64,000 nucleotides of DNA, taken from the NCBI GenBank assembly GCA_964016885.1, contig CAXHJY010001499.1, forward strand, positions 1 through 64,000, read 5' to 3'. Shown here in pieces: positions 1 through 13,293 of the stretch. Below the pieces are notes generated by a model. It was not told the DNA's origin. It made no database searches and was given only the letters and a program-made list of their open reading frames with translations. How positions within the stretch are numbered: the stretch's first letter is position 1; every line of letters starts with the position of its first letter. The stretch comes from Eledone cirrhosa (Eukaryota). The position numbers and the translations under genes are program-made.

Positions 1-690
1 GAGAGTAAGGGGATGAGAGGGAAGAGAGAGAGAGTGGATGGGGGAAGGAGAGTAAGGGGATGTGAGAGAGAAAGAAAGCGAGTAAGGGATGAGAGAGAGA
101 GTGGGAGATGGGAGAGAGAGAGTAAGGGGATGTGAGAGAGAAAGAAAGCGAGTAAGGGATGAGAGAGAGAGTGGGAGATGGGAGAGAGAGAGAGTAAGGG
201 GATGTGAGAGAGAAAGAAAGAGAGTAAGGAGATGAGAGAGAAAGACAATGAAAGAGACAGAGGGAAAGTAACCAGCGTTCTTAACTTTTATTTATTTATT
301 ATTTTTACACACTTTTTAATTCTCCCGCTTCCTTAACGTTATTTATCTTTTTCTTTATTTTTATTCTCTATTCTGTAGAGAGAAAGGGGGTGTGAGAGAG
401 AAAAAGAGAAAGAGAGAGTAATGGGATGAGAGAGAGAGGGGGAAACCTGCTAGCGTTCATTAACTTTTGTTTATTTATTATTTTTACGCACTTTTTAACT
501 CTCCCAATGTTATTTATCTTATATTTATTTTTTGTTCGTTATTCTGTAGAGGATGAGAGAGAGAAAGAAAGAGAGGAGATGAGAAAGAGAAAGGGAGTGA
601 GGCGGATGGGGAGAGAAAAGGCAATAAGAAAAGAGAAAAGATGGGAGAGAGTAAAAAAGGTAAAGAGGCAGGAGAGAGAGGGAGGCTGAT
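1..690. repeat. Purine-rich (GA) imperfect tandem repeats with two copies of a ~100-bp T-rich unit
   Basis: ~70-bp units (gagtaaggggatgtgagagagaaagaaag...) repeated in 49-240. The unit ttaactttt...ttttacacactttttaa..ctccc occurs at ~275-380 and ~450-550. Confidence 0.8.
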
Positions 691-1236
691 TGGAGGGATT
701 CTTTACCGAACGTGTGTCTGCGTTTATAAATATATTTACACACACATATGTGTGCGTTATAGGAGGGGGGGCGTTCTTTAGCAGACAATATATGTTACCA
801 TCAAAGCTTATTTTCTACATATGTCTAAAGAAATAACAGATGCTTTTATAGAAGTTGTATATATGTATGTATTTAACAGACAAAAAAAAAAGGTATTTTT
901 AAAAGATATTATTTGAATATATTATTTTCCGCTGTTATTTGAATTAACACAGAAAATATTTTTTTTTGTAGTGATTGTCGTTTTTTTTAATACAATCTGA
1001 AATCCCAATATTTTCTACATATGTCTAAAATTAATTACACCTAATATACATTCATATAAAGAGATCATTTTAAAACAACTTTACTGAAGTGAACAATACA
1101 TTCTATAATTGTTTCTATTTCGGAAATAGTATGGTGTGCAATAATTGTTTTCTACTTTTGGCACAAGGCTACCAATTATTTCAGTGAATTACTGGTACTT
1201 TTATTTTATCGTGTGGTGTGTATAATATCACTTCAA

Positions 1237-4200
1237 ATGCCTAGAAAACGTTCCAGATCATTATATGGAAGGACATCTTCAGAAGCTAAGAGAAAGAAAA
1301 CACAGTGATCTGAAGAAAGTGAAGACGTTCGGCATTCCCGTCTAGCTGCTAACAGAGCCCAAACAGCTTTAGCACGAGCACACCGTTTGGATGAAAGGGA
1401 ACAAAGGACTGCTGCTACACGAGAACAACAAATTAAGGAACAGCAGCAAATCAGACGAAATACTAATCGAGCACATCGTTCTACTGGCCGAGCAGGAGAA
1501 CAAGCCACAAGTAAAATGAACTGGCTGATGGGTTTGTTTTCTTATGACCTCCAAAAGGACTACAACAGTAATCCACAAATCAACATTGGGAAAATGAACA
1601 AATGCTGCCAGTATTGTGGTGCCAAGACGTGGGCAGCAGAAACACCAAGGCAAAGTGAGCCTTAAAACAATACAAGAACCTCCTGAATTTCTGAAAATTC
1701 TGCTCCTTCAGCATACACCAGAAGCACGACACTTCAATAAATACATCATAAAATATAATTCTGCCTTTCAAATAACATCTTTTGGGGCTGACAGGAATGT
1801 GACTGACGTTAGATTCTGTACAACTTATAACATTCAGGGACAGTGTTACCACCTAATGGGTGCCCCTCTTCCACTTCCATAGGAGCCTCACATATTTGTG
1901 CAGGTTTACTTCATGGGTGGAAATGAAACACAGGCACAAAAAAGATGTAACAATGTCCATGGTGGATTGCAGTTCTACATAGTCATAAAGTTACAAGAAA
2001 TGCTTCACCAACATCACATGTACGTTAGTGTATTTAAATATGCATGGAGCATATGAAAACACCAGAGATCGTAAAATCATCATTAGGGCAAACAAACGCC
2101 CAGCTTCAGAACATGAACGCAAATTCAATGCACCTGTCACTGATGAAGTTGCAATCATAATGGTTGATGACGTGACATTGTTTTGCAAAAACAAAGTGGA
2201 CATTTGGAGCGAATTTGTGAAACTCATAGAGCTTATGATTCACTCAAATATCCGCTCATCTTTTGGAATGGTCAAGATGGTTATCATTTTCAACTACGGC
2301 AGATCAGCCCAGGAATAGGACATGAAACTGGCCGATCAATCAGCTGCAAAGAATTCTATGCTTATCATTTCATGGTACGTGATCAGTTCAACCAAGTTCT
2401 ACGATTCAAAGAAGTAACCAGCCAGTTCATGGTGGACATGTATGCCAAAATTGAAACAGAAAGATTGGGTTTTCTGCGAACGAATCAAACTAAGTTGAGA
2501 GCAGATAACTACATCCACCTTAGAGATGCCATCAATTCTGATGTTGACCCAAGAAATATTGGCCAGCCAGTCATACTACCATAAAGCTTCACGTGAGGAC
2601 CACGTTACACGCATGAACGTACGCAAGATGCAATGGCCTATGTCTGAAAATTTGGTCGGCCAGACCTCTTCATTACATTTACATGCCATACAAACTGGTC
2701 AGAAATATCAAATGAATTATTTCAAAATCAAAAGCCAAAGGAACGACATGACCTCATTGCTCGGGTTTTCCATGAAAAGCAAAAAAAAAAAACAACTCAT
2801 CTGACTCCTAAAAGAAGGAAGAATCTTTGGTGAGCTTAGTGCTTGGATGACCACTATTGAGTGGCAGAAGAGAGGTCTTCCTCACTCTCACACACTAATA
2901 TGGTGCAACGACAAGATAAGACCAGATGATGTTGCCTGATAAAGGTGGTGATTCAGAGCTCTTTGAAACCATCAAATCCAAACTCATTTATGGTCTATGT
3001 GGAGTCATCAATCCAGCCTCTCCCTGCATGAAAGATCAAAAATGCAGCAAACAATATCCTAGAGCTTTTATTCGGGAAACTCGGACTGACAATAAGGGAT
3101 ACCCCCTTTATCGTAGGCGTAGACCAGAACATGGAGGCAATACGGCAAGCCTAACAGTTCGAAGTTAGGAGCTGACCATAAACAATCAGTGGGACGTCCC
3201 ACACAACAAATTGTTGTGTAAACTTTTAAAAGCTCATATCAATGTTGAGTATTGCAGTCCCGTCAAGACAATCCTATATGTCACAAAATATATCAACAAG
3301 GGCAGTGACATGAAGCTATCTGGCGAATCTTTGGATTTGATATCCACCAACGCCACCCAACTGTGGTCAACCTCTCAGTCCCTCTGGAAAATGGACAGAG
3401 AGTGTACTTCACTGAGATCATTGCTCATCAGATGTCACAAACATCACATGACACTACACTAACTGCTTTCTTTAAACTCTGCCAGAACGAAGAATTTGCT
3501 TGATCCCTTCTATATGCTGAAGTCCCAACATACTATACCTGGACCAATTGCAAGACCTTGAATCGAAGAAAGCAGGGTCGTTTAGTGGAAGGTCATGAAG
3601 TCAAGTCAATTGATGCTATTGGGCGTGTTTACAATGTCCATCCCAACAACAGAGAATGTTTTTATTTACGGCTACTTCTGCATACTGTTTGAGGACCAAC
3701 GTCATTTGAGGATCTTAGGTGCTTCAGAGGAAGGGAGTGCGCAACATACCAAGAAGCATGTAAACAGCATGGACTCCTTCATGACAATGAACACTGGAAG
3801 AAGTGCCAAGAAGAAGCATCAATCACTCAAGTAGCCAGTCAAATAAGACAATTATTTGCTATTATGCTCAGAGCATGTGGAATTGATGAAGCTCATCTAC
3901 TCTGGCAGGAGTACAAAAACAATATGTCAGACGACTATCTACACCTAGCCTGAAGACATCATGGCAATATGTATATGGAATATACCACCAGGATTTACAA
4001 TCAAGCTATCTGTGGTCTGTCCCATCGAGTTCAGGCAATGAATAGCACATTAGTTAATTGCGGGATGCCAGAGCCAGATTAAGAAATGGAGGTAGCACAA
4101 TACATTTTTCAGGAGACAAACTACGATATTCAAGCATTGCGTAAGTTTGTGGATGAAAATGAACCTCGATTGATAGATGACCAGAAATACGCCTACCACA

Positions 4201-5526
4201 ACATCATCGAAAACATTCAAAATGACAGAGGATGACTTTTCTTCATCGATGCTCCTGCTGGCACAGGCAAGACATTCTTCATAAACCTCCTGCTTGCAAA
4301 GGTTCGCCAAAAGCAACATATTGCCATTACTGTGGCTTCAAGTGGAATTGCAGCAACACTTCTGGATGGAGGAAGAACTGCACACTCCATGTTTAACTGC
4401 CCATAGATCTCACACGGCATGAACAATCTTTTAGCAACATCAAGAAGAATTCACCCAAGGGCAAGCTTCTGCAAACATGCAAGATGATAATTTGGGATGA
4501 AACTACTATGAGCCATAAAGGAGCAATTAAAGCTTTGGACCGGACGATAAGGGATCTGAGAGAAAATAGTTGCATAATGGGTGAGTGACAATGGTTCTTG
4601 CTGGTGATTTCAGACAAACTCTGCCTGTAATTCTTCGAGGGACACGAGCTGATCAGGTCAATGCCTGTCTGAAAACATCCTATCTCTGGCCCCACTTCCA
4701 GCTGCTGAGCCTTACAACCAACATGCGAGTGCACTTAACTGGTGACGAAGGTGTCAGTGAGTTTGCCATCCAACTACTTAAATTGGGAAATGGACTTCTT
4801 GAAAAGGACTCCAATGACTATATTCAGATGTCATTTAGCCATATCATTGACACAGAACAACAACTGATTGCCAGAGTGTTTCCAAACATTAAGACCAGGC
4901 AATGTGATCCGAAATGGCTCTGTGAACGAGCAATCTTAATACCTAAAAATGTTGCTGTGAATGAAATCCACAAAAGGCTGCTGGACATGTTACCGGGAGC
5001 GAAAATATGCTACAAATCAGTTGACACAATCACTTCTCAAGACCAGGCTGTAAACTATCCAACTGAATTTTTGAACAGTCTTGAACAAGCTGGAATTCCT
5101 CTACACAACCTGATACTGAAGCTTGGAGCATCGGTTATGTTATTTCGCAATCTGGATCCTCTAAAACTTTGTAATGGCACAAGACTCCTCATCAAAAATA
5201 TGATGTGCAAGGTTCTAGAAGTTGCAATCATGTCAGGAAAATTTGCTGGTGACAATTGTTTCATTCCCAGAATACCTCTGAAGCCAACTTTTTCGCCATT
5301 TGAATTTCAATGACTTCAATTTCCGATCAGGCTCAGTTTTACCATGACCATTAATAAATCTCAAGGGCAATCATTGAAAGTCGTTGGGTTGAATCTAGCA
5401 GATCCTGTCTTTTCACATGGTCAACTCTATGTTGGCACAACAAGGGTTGGGATCCCTGATTGTCTCTTCATTGTGGCACCACAGGGCAAAACCAAGAATG
5501 TTGTTTATCCAGAGACTTTGGAATGA
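1237..5526 (+). pseudogene. Helitron RepHel (HUH replicator + PIF1-like helicase), disrupted by many stops and frameshifts
   Basis: ATG at 1237 (MPRKRS...), Zn-finger KCCQYCG, Rep motifs PDLFITFTC (~2660), EWQKRGLPHSH (~2860) and YVTKYINKG (~3280). Helicase motifs [10 protein letters not shown] (~4250), IIWDETTM, LAGDFRQTLPVI, MTINKSQGQSL and FSHGQLYV. Spread over ORF fragments 1387-5526. Confidence 0.96.
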
Positions 5527-5977
5527 GCAATGTCGTAATTCCTCATTCAAAGGCAATACACAAAGATCCTAATTCCTTAGTCATGTTGTTTGCAAGGAAT
5601 GTTGAAGCCGCAAAGTTACTGCATGATGTTACTTTGGAAGAATATGCAGGCATTTCCGGGTCCCTCTGCTATATAATGTATTATAAGTGAGGACTTTGTT
5701 GGGTAGAAAATACAGCCAAATTTCCTTCAAATCCCACCTTACTTTCTCAGGTATGTATATATGTATGAAGCAAAAAAGAATGACTCTATGTATTCAAAAA
5801 ATGTATTCAAAAAATCACCACTGGAAAAAACTAATATTTTTATCTAGATGATTTATTTTTACCAAACACCAATAAATATTCTGCTATAATTCCTACATTG
5901 GTTAAAATTCAGCAATCATATTTGAATGGTCAAATATTTTGTAATGTGTGCCAAATATATTGTAACTTTCTCAATTA

Positions 5978-6053
<76 letters not shown>

Positions 6054-6564
6054 TGTGTGTGTGTCTGTATGTGTGTGTATGTATGTCTGTGGCTGTGTGT
6101 GTAGCGGAAAAGTTGTAAAAGAAAAAGAAATATGAAGAGAAATAGCAGTCTGTTATATTGAGGAGATGTACTTATGTTCAGATTGTAAAGAATCTGTAGT
6201 ATGATATGTAACTACATATGAAGTGAAAGTTGTAGCAATAACGTTTACAAAATCTAACAGAAACAAATAAAAAAGGGAAGGGCTAGAGACTGAAATGCTA
6301 CTCAAATAGTAATAGAGTATTAGATTCTTTTGGTTATCTTAGAAGTATTCATATTGTAGGAAAATGGTATCAACTATTTTGGATAGACTATTGAAAGATA
6401 GTGTGTTTGCTTTTGTCTTGTGTGCATGCGGTTTTAAAAAGATGTATACTGGCATATGCGTGTATGTATGCCTATATGTATGCGTACATACACACATGCA
6501 CACATACACTAACACACTCAAACAGACACACACACGCCACACGCATATATACATCCATAGAGTG

Positions 6565-6853
<289 letters not shown>

Positions 6854-6978
6854 GGAGGTGAGTTTTATTGTAGTACAATAAAGCAATGCAGATATCGGAT
6901 AAGAAGCACTCTACAGTTTGTAGGACTGGAGTATACATAATATATAAGAACAAAAGATGGTTAAAAGAGTTCCATGTA

Positions 6979-7045
6979 TTTTATTATGCGCATTTCAAAA
7001 ACAAATATCATCATGCAATAATATTTGTGTTTTCATCAGATAAAA
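6979..7045 (-). ncRNA. Hammerhead ribozyme, inverted copy of 9042-9108
   Basis: Reverse complement of the 9042-9108 motif in the left pLTR arm. Confidence 0.86.
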
Positions 7046-7138
7046 CAGGAGGACATGATATGAATGTTAAAAAACACTTGTGGATAGTTCAGTTTTAAAT
7101 CAACATATGAGAAGTGGTTTTAGATTGATGTGTGATAT

Positions 7139-8284
7139 TACCATAAAAACAATGATAACCTAAATTATGTTAACTTTAAATCTAACCATCCTACTAATAT
7201 CAAGAATGCTATAGTTAGTAATATTGGAACAAGAATATCTAACCTATCTTCTAATAAAAACATCTTTGATGCTAACGCCAATTACTATAATAACGCCCGT
7301 TCTAAAGCCGGCTATCCTGATAAAATCAAATATAGTAAAGAAACAAATTCTAGAAGAAATTACAGTAGAATATTTAATCATGATCATTCCAATAACTTTA
7401 ATAAAATACCTAGATACAAAAACATAATCTGGTATAATGCTCCTTTCTCCATCTCTATTAATAACAATATTCCTAAATTATTCTTTAGTGCCTTAAATAA
7501 ATGCTTACCTCCCTCACATATCTATAGTAAAATATTTAACAAACACACTATAACATTTTCTTATTCTACATCCTCCAACATTTCCAACATTATCTCTAAA
7601 CACAACAATAAAATACTAAATACTAAATCTCTTCCTTCCAACACTGAATTTCATAATAATAGTACTCCCGACGTCATTGTAAACCCTAGGCTAATTTCTA
7701 CAAACCCCAAAACAACGTCAAACACAACTCCGCTAAATGTTCATAATCCCATTCTAAATCAAGAAACTATTATTCCTATCGCAAACAACTTCTCCAATCC
7801 AATTCCTTCTATAGATAACACTAGGTCACTCATTAATAATCTCTCTAATTGCAATTGCAATTGCCCTATTAAAAATAAATGTCCTCTCAACAACCATTGT
7901 CTTGATAAAAACTTAATTTACGAATGTAAAGTTATAACTGACACGAATTCCTTCACCTATTTTGGCTCCACTTCCACCTCTTTTAAAGCTCGTCTTTATA
8001 ACCATCATTCGTCTTTTAAATACAAACTTAAAAGAACCAACACGGCTCTCTCAGAACTCATATGGTCCTTGAAAGACAAAAATATTAAATATAACATCTT
8101 TTGGAAGAAGGTGTCTTCTGCGTCATCATACTTGAACAGTTCTCTATCCAAAATCTGCAATCTCTGTCTAAATGAAAAATTTACCATTATCTCTAATCTA
8201 GATTCTATAATAAATAGACGCACTAACTTGTTTTCTATCTCCTTGCATAAATTCCATAAAACATTTCACAAAATATACAGTTAA
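7139..8284 (+). CDS. PLE ORF C-terminal part (RT thumb/linker + Cys-rich GIY-YIG endonuclease), 381 codons open, 5'-truncated
   Basis: Manual translation is stop-free: YVNFKSNHP, RISNLSS, IIWYNAPFS, KIFNKHTITFSYS, CNCPIKNKCPLNNHCL, LIYECKV, YFGSTSTSFKARLYNHHSSF, LSELIWSLK, CNLCLNEK. The ORF track shows only 8069-8284 because there is no upstream start codon. Confidence 0.9.
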   Translation, partial: YHKNNDNLNYVNFKSNHPTNIKNAIVSNIGTRISNLSSNKNIFDANANYYNNARSKAGYPDKIKYSKETNSRRNYSRIFNHDHSNNFNKIPRYKNIIWYNAPFSISINNNIPKLFFSALNKCLPPSHIYSKIFNKHTITFSYSTSSNISNIISKHNNKILNTKSLPSNTEFHNNSTPDVIVNPRLISTNPKTTSNTTPLNVHNPILNQETIIPIANNFSNPIPSIDNTRSLINNLSNCNCNCPIKNKCPLNNHCLDKNLIYECKVITDTNSFTYFGSTSTSFKARLYNHHSSFKYKLKRTNTALSELIWSLKDKNIKYNIFWKKVSSASSYLNSSLSKICNLCLNEKFTIISNLDSIINRRTNLFSISLHKFHKTFHKIYS

Positions 8285-9041
8285 TATTCAATTTTTTATC
8301 AATTTAGAATCTTTTGCTCAAAGGCATACATATATATATATACACTTCTTTTAAAAATATACCCATCTTTCTACCTTATTTCAAGGGTCATTATACATTC
8401 TATAATACTTGTCTACTCTTTCTACATCACCCCTATTTATCACTCCCCTTTCCTCTCTTCTTCTTCTAATTACTAACCCCTAATCTGTACCTTTTCTCAC
8501 TCCTGCCTAACATAGAATCAATTATTACATAATACAACACATTCTTACTCTATATCCCCTTGTAAAAATCCTTCGTAAACATATACATTTTTTTTTACGT
8601 TAGATTATTCATCCTCAATGCACTATTCTCTTCTCCCTTTCATCTAACTCATTTTTTCTTCGCACATATTATCAAACCCCTCAATATACAAACCTTAACT
8701 TTACATTATTTTTCTCTTCGTTAATTTTCAAATTCTTTTAATTTATACATTATCTTCCAACGGTTTTCAACCTCTCTATGTAAAACAATATATCTTTCTC
8801 AGTTATAAAAGCTATCTCTCTCTCTCTATCACCCATCTCTCCTCCTATCTCATCCTTCCTCATTATACTCCTCCCCCTCCACCTTCACTCTCATCTCCTC
8901 CTTTCTTTCATCCTTGCGACCCCCCCTCTAAATAAAATATTTTTCCCAATATCACACATCAATCTAAAACCATTTCTCATATGTTGATTTAAAACTGCAC
9001 TATCCACAAGTGTTTTTTAACCTTCATATCATGTCCTCCTG

Positions 9042-9108
9042 TTTTATCTGATGAAAACACAAATATTATTGCATGATGATATTTGTTTTTGAAATGCGCA
9101 TAATAAAA
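9042..9108 (+). ncRNA. Minimal type-I hammerhead ribozyme (canonical core)
   Basis: Helix I ttttat/ataaaa; CTGATGA 9048-9054; long helix II (aaac..aaatatt../..atatttgtttt); GAAA 9091-9094; palindromic helix III tgcgca; TA cleavage site. Confidence 0.88.
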
Positions 9109-9165
9109 TACATGGAACTCTTTTAACCATCTTTTGTTCTTATATATTATATATATATATATACA

Positions 9166-9611
9166 CAATGATATTAAATAAATGGAAATTATATTTATAA
9201 AACCATATTTATTCTATTATATATAATTCAAGGGTACCAAAATCTTTGGTATACTTTCATCAGATAAAATACAAAGAGTGTATTATAAATTTTGACATGG
9301 CTAAGGAAAATCATAGCTTATCAGGTGAATATTCTTTGCGAATAAACCCAGGTAATATTCACCTGATAAGGTATTAATTTCCTTGGTTATGTCAACATTT
9401 ATAAAACACTCTTTGTATTTTATCTGACGAAAGCGTACCAAAGTTGTTTGTACCCTTGAAATATATATAATAGAATAAATATGGTTTTATAAATATAGTT
9501 TCCATTTATTTAATATCATTGAATATTTACTCCAAATCTGTCGAGAGCTCTGAATCGGTTATAAACATTTATATTTGTTGGATTTCCAACAATTAAATAT
9601 CCCTTCTACTT
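9166..9611 (+). mobile_element. Non-coding PLE-derived fold-back element with hammerheads in both arms
   Basis: Imperfect inverted repeat 9166-9333 / 9354-9521 with a 20-nt loop. The right arm continues as a tail to ~9611, and (TA)n flanks both ends. Confidence 0.85.
9418..9475 (+). ncRNA. Minimal hammerhead ribozyme (canonical core)
   Basis: ttttat-CTGACGA-aag.gtac..gtac.ctt-GAAA-tatata-TA-atagaa. The opposite-arm copy at 9212-9269 (-) has GAAA changed to GAAT. Confidence 0.82.
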
Positions 9612-9613
9612 AT

Positions 9614-9649
<36 letters not shown>

Positions 9650-9651
<2 letters not shown>

Positions 9652-9937
9652 GGATGAAAAACTCAGAGCTGTATGCGACCCTCACAAAGGTCGGCTCAAA
9701 AGTGAAACAGAGGAGACCGAGGTTAGCTGGACATGCTCACCGTCATCCAGAGTTGACATTGCACTCAGTGCTCCTGTGGGAGCCCCTACATGGACACACT
9801 GGAAGAGGAAGACCAAGGTTAATGTATGTTGATGCCCTAAGGACACTGGTCTTTTGGAGACGCAGGACATGGCAGCGATAATGATGGACATAGACCGCTG
9901 GAGAGAACTCGTCCATGGATCTCGGGAATGTTACCCG

Positions 9938-9940
<3 letters not shown>
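9650..9940 (+). mobile_element. 3' end of an RTE-like LINE, inserted in (TA)n
   Basis: ORF 9654-9881 contains RRPRLAGHAHRHPEL..VLLWEPLHGHTGRGRPRLMYVDAL, typical of the RTE-type ORF C-terminus. Confidence 0.75.
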
Positions 9941-9975
<35 letters not shown>

Positions 9976-10184
9976 GTGTGTTTAATGGTAGCTATGGTGC
10001 ATCCATAGGCAGTATGCCAGTTGAGCACTCAATGTCCTTACAGAGCAGAGTGTAAATAATATAAACAGACGAAAAATCAATTGTTTCTCCGGCAGATAGC
10101 TCGAGCTATCTGCCTGCGAAACAATTGTAACACGCAATAAACTGAGTCTAGATGCTTCACTGATTTTTCGTCTGTTTATATTAT
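9976..10184 (-). mobile_element. Mini PLE fold-back centred on a hammerhead helix II
   Basis: Arms start at 10056 and end at 10184. Perfect 24-bp palindrome 10091-10114, then 3 nt, GAAA-caattg-TA (10118-10129) and AATAAA. Tail with gagcactc at 10023. Confidence 0.72.
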
Positions 10185-10199
10185 ATATATATATATATT

Positions 10200-11340
10200 A
10201 GGGTGTTCCATTTTGAAAACTATTTACCAATCATCACAGATCTATTACGCCCTTATTTAGTGGATTAATTAATGATGTTTGCTGAATTATAGGTCAATCG
10301 AATATTATTTTAAGGAAGCACACTTTCATATCTTTTTTATTTACGAAGATGTTTTGGATCTGCCCTGTAGTATATTGTCTTTCTGTTCATTTTAGTAAAT
10401 CGAATGATGAGACCACATTACAGGATGACTTGAAATGAAAATATGCAAGAAGAATACGTTCTAAATATGCAATAATATTGAGGTTTAATACAGAAACAAT
10501 TTTTTATGAATGATATTTGTAACCAGAAATGACATTTTTGAGATTTTTTGTTTTACATGGTGTAAGTTTAAGTTGAGCAGCTCCACGTAGCAACAAGAGT
10601 GGCGTCGATAATCGGCTTTTTTCGCAGTAATTTTCGGGTTGATGTTGACTTGAAAATATCATTATCATCATCACAAATAGCTGAGATGGATGACGAACTT
10701 TCAAGAGATCATTTTTCAGACTTCTTCATCGTGTTTTCTTTTTTTTTTTTCATATTGTGAATCTTCTTTACCTTATGAATCGCGCTGATATGGTCTGCAT
10801 CAAAACCAGCAATGTAGGAAGAAATCCGTTCTTTCCGCTGTGTTTTAAGGAAAGATTTGTCTGCACATGTGATATCCTTTCATTCGAGAATGACATGGCA
10901 TGTAATATCAAAAATTTCCTCGAGATCATATTTTTCAAATTTCACACTTTGTAATGCTTTGTCATCCTTGATTTTCACTTTTTCAGTCCTTGACACTTGT
11001 TATATAATCTCTCGAGTGAAGTGTGGTTAGGTTTGTCCGTTTTTCTAGGGATACCTGCTTTTCTCCACACTTCCTGGATCTTCGGGCTAGTTTCGTATGC
11101 CGCAAATCAAATTGTCTCCGCCTGTTCGACTTAATAGTAGAGAAAACACAAAAGCACTAGTTATTTGGAGGGGTTCGAGTCTGGGGTAATTCCCCCTCAT
11201 AACATTTCTCAAGCAGCTGAATGGCCTTTTTTGTTTCCATTTTCTTATTCGCTGTGAAATATGTAAAGCAAAATCATTTAATCAATTATAATTCAACGAA
11301 CATTTGAGTTCTTATATTTCTGGAACCCATTCATGTAATG
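10200..11340 (-). mobile_element. Degenerate DNA transposon fragment (unclassified transposase)
   Basis: The minus strand near 10980-11090 reads KIQEVWRKAGIPRKT..LERLYNKCQGLKK, and a WxKAxIP motif is seen in invertebrate transposases. A terminus-like tagggtgttcc follows a TA tract. Confidence 0.4.
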
Positions 11341-11899
11341 AAAAGTAAAAGGCAAGAAAACTATTTCATAACTTTAATACAACAGATAAAACTAGGAGGA
11401 AACCAGCGTGTTTACTACTCGACAATAAAACAAGTACTGAACCAACAATGTATTGAATCATGCATTAGAAACTTAGTGGTAACTAATTATCTTGTTGAAT
11501 TATCAAAACAAATATTGAAAAGCTCATCCGATCAACGCGATATCAATTACGTCGTTATACGAACAATGAAAACAAATCACCGGTGTAAAATTATTTCTAT
11601 ATATTTACTTTAAGTTTAAGGCTAATATTTTTTCATTTAGGATCCTATAAACATTAGAACGTCACCTCTCTGTACTGAGAGGAAAATAGACGAAAAACGC
11701 AACCAGGCTAGAATCAATTTTCATTTGTTTTATAATAGCATTCAAATTGCAACAAACTGTTGCTATTTCCCTATCTACTATTATTTTTATATGTATAGCT
11801 TTCATGTAAAATGGATCCAGGGCGCAATCTCAATAGAATTATTTCTACTAGGATGTTCTCCCTATGAATATATAACAGCTAAATCTATATACATGATTA

Positions 11900-12015
<116 letters not shown>

Positions 12016-12781
12016 TATATATACGTGCTATGCGTGTATGTGTATAAAATATTGGCATCACATTCTGTACGTTTGAATCAGTATTTGGCTATAGAAGCTA
12101 TTTGTAGGTCACATGTTTAGACACACACACACTAACACACACACATGAATTGACCTATTATTTATAACTTCTCCACCTTTTCCTCTCTTTCGGTTTCCCT
12201 CATTGACGCACATACTAACGCACAAACAATCATACACACACATACAAGTATACAGACTCATAAAGAGATTGTTTCTCTGTCACGCATAAATTACACACTC
12301 AGGCACACACTGATTACACAGTTTGCACAGATACAAGTAATTTCTTTTTGTCCACCCTCCTCCTTTCTACCCCCCCCCTCTCTCACTCTTACACACACAG
12401 ACACAAACATACACACATACGCAAGAACACACTGCAAGATATTTCAAGAAATATCTGTTGAAAAACATCAAAAGGAGAATCCCAGTTTTGTAATTAGTTT
12501 TCATTAGACAACTACCCGTTTTGTTTGAAAAAAAAGTTTTTCTATGATCATACCATACACCATCTAGAGTCATTCCACTACAACTAAGTTTCTTTTTCTT
12601 TGTTTTAAACAAGAACGAAACAATATGTTTGGTGAAATGTTTCAATGCCACATCCTTGTCAGTAGGTGAATGTTAAAGAACTAGCACACATAAACGCACT
12701 GATATATATTTACAATGTTGTTACTGCAAGCTTTTGTGATTGTACAATTCGTTTTTTATATATATATGTGTATATATATAG

Positions 12782-12816
<35 letters not shown>

Positions 12817-12820
12817 TAGA

Positions 12821-12862
<42 letters not shown>

Positions 12863-13005
12863 GAGTATATGTTGGTTGTATTCCAACACCTCAGTATGCA
12901 GCCTGGAGCACTCGACGAAGTGCGCAGGTTGGTTTCGTTACTCCGGAGTAATGTAAAATAAAGTAAAATAAAAAGTCAAATGTTTAAAATTTAGCTTCGT
13001 TTATT

Positions 13006-13060
13006 ACTGCTATATATATTTCGGTGACAGCCATCTTTGGCTGTGACCTCTTCAGGCAGT
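13006..13060 (-). ncRNA. Hammerhead ribozyme, inverted copy of 13239-13293
   Basis: Reverse complement with an intact core and one change in helix II. Confidence 0.9.
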
Positions 13061-13238
13061 CCGAATTAGTGTGGTATAGACAAGTACATATGTTATTATT
13101 TCACTGAGGAACTGGAATCAGATATGATTCCAGTTCCTCAGTCAAATAACAACCCAACCAAGAACTGGGCATATCAGAGTATTGACAAAATTATACACCT
13201 CAACAACATTTGTACTTGTCTATACCACACTAATTCGG

Positions 13239-13293
13239 ACTGCCTGAAGAGGTCACAGCCAAAGTTGGCTGTCACCGAAATATATATAGCAGT
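13239..13293 (+). ncRNA. Minimal hammerhead ribozyme (canonical core)
   Basis: actgc-CTGAAGA-ggtcacagccaa/ttggctgtcacc-GAAA-tatata-TA-gcagt, immediately followed by AATAAA. Confidence 0.92.

Larger units (their letters stand above)
1..5672 (+). mobile_element. Degenerate autonomous Helitron (5' end probably upstream of the window)
   Basis: RepHel pseudogene followed by a decayed GC-rich 3' terminus (gcaggcatttccgggtccctctgcta, 5646-5671) resembling hairpin + CTRR. Assigning the purine-rich region 1-690 to the element is inference. Confidence 0.7.
6851..9150 (+). mobile_element. 5'-truncated Penelope-like element (C-terminal GIY-YIG, possibly Hydra-type) with inverted pseudo-LTR, inserted in (TA)n
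   Basis: 6937-7139 is the reverse complement of 8948-9150, and the left arm extends as a tail to 6851. Both arms carry a hammerhead motif, the ORF lies between them, and (TA)n flanks both sides. Confidence 0.93.
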
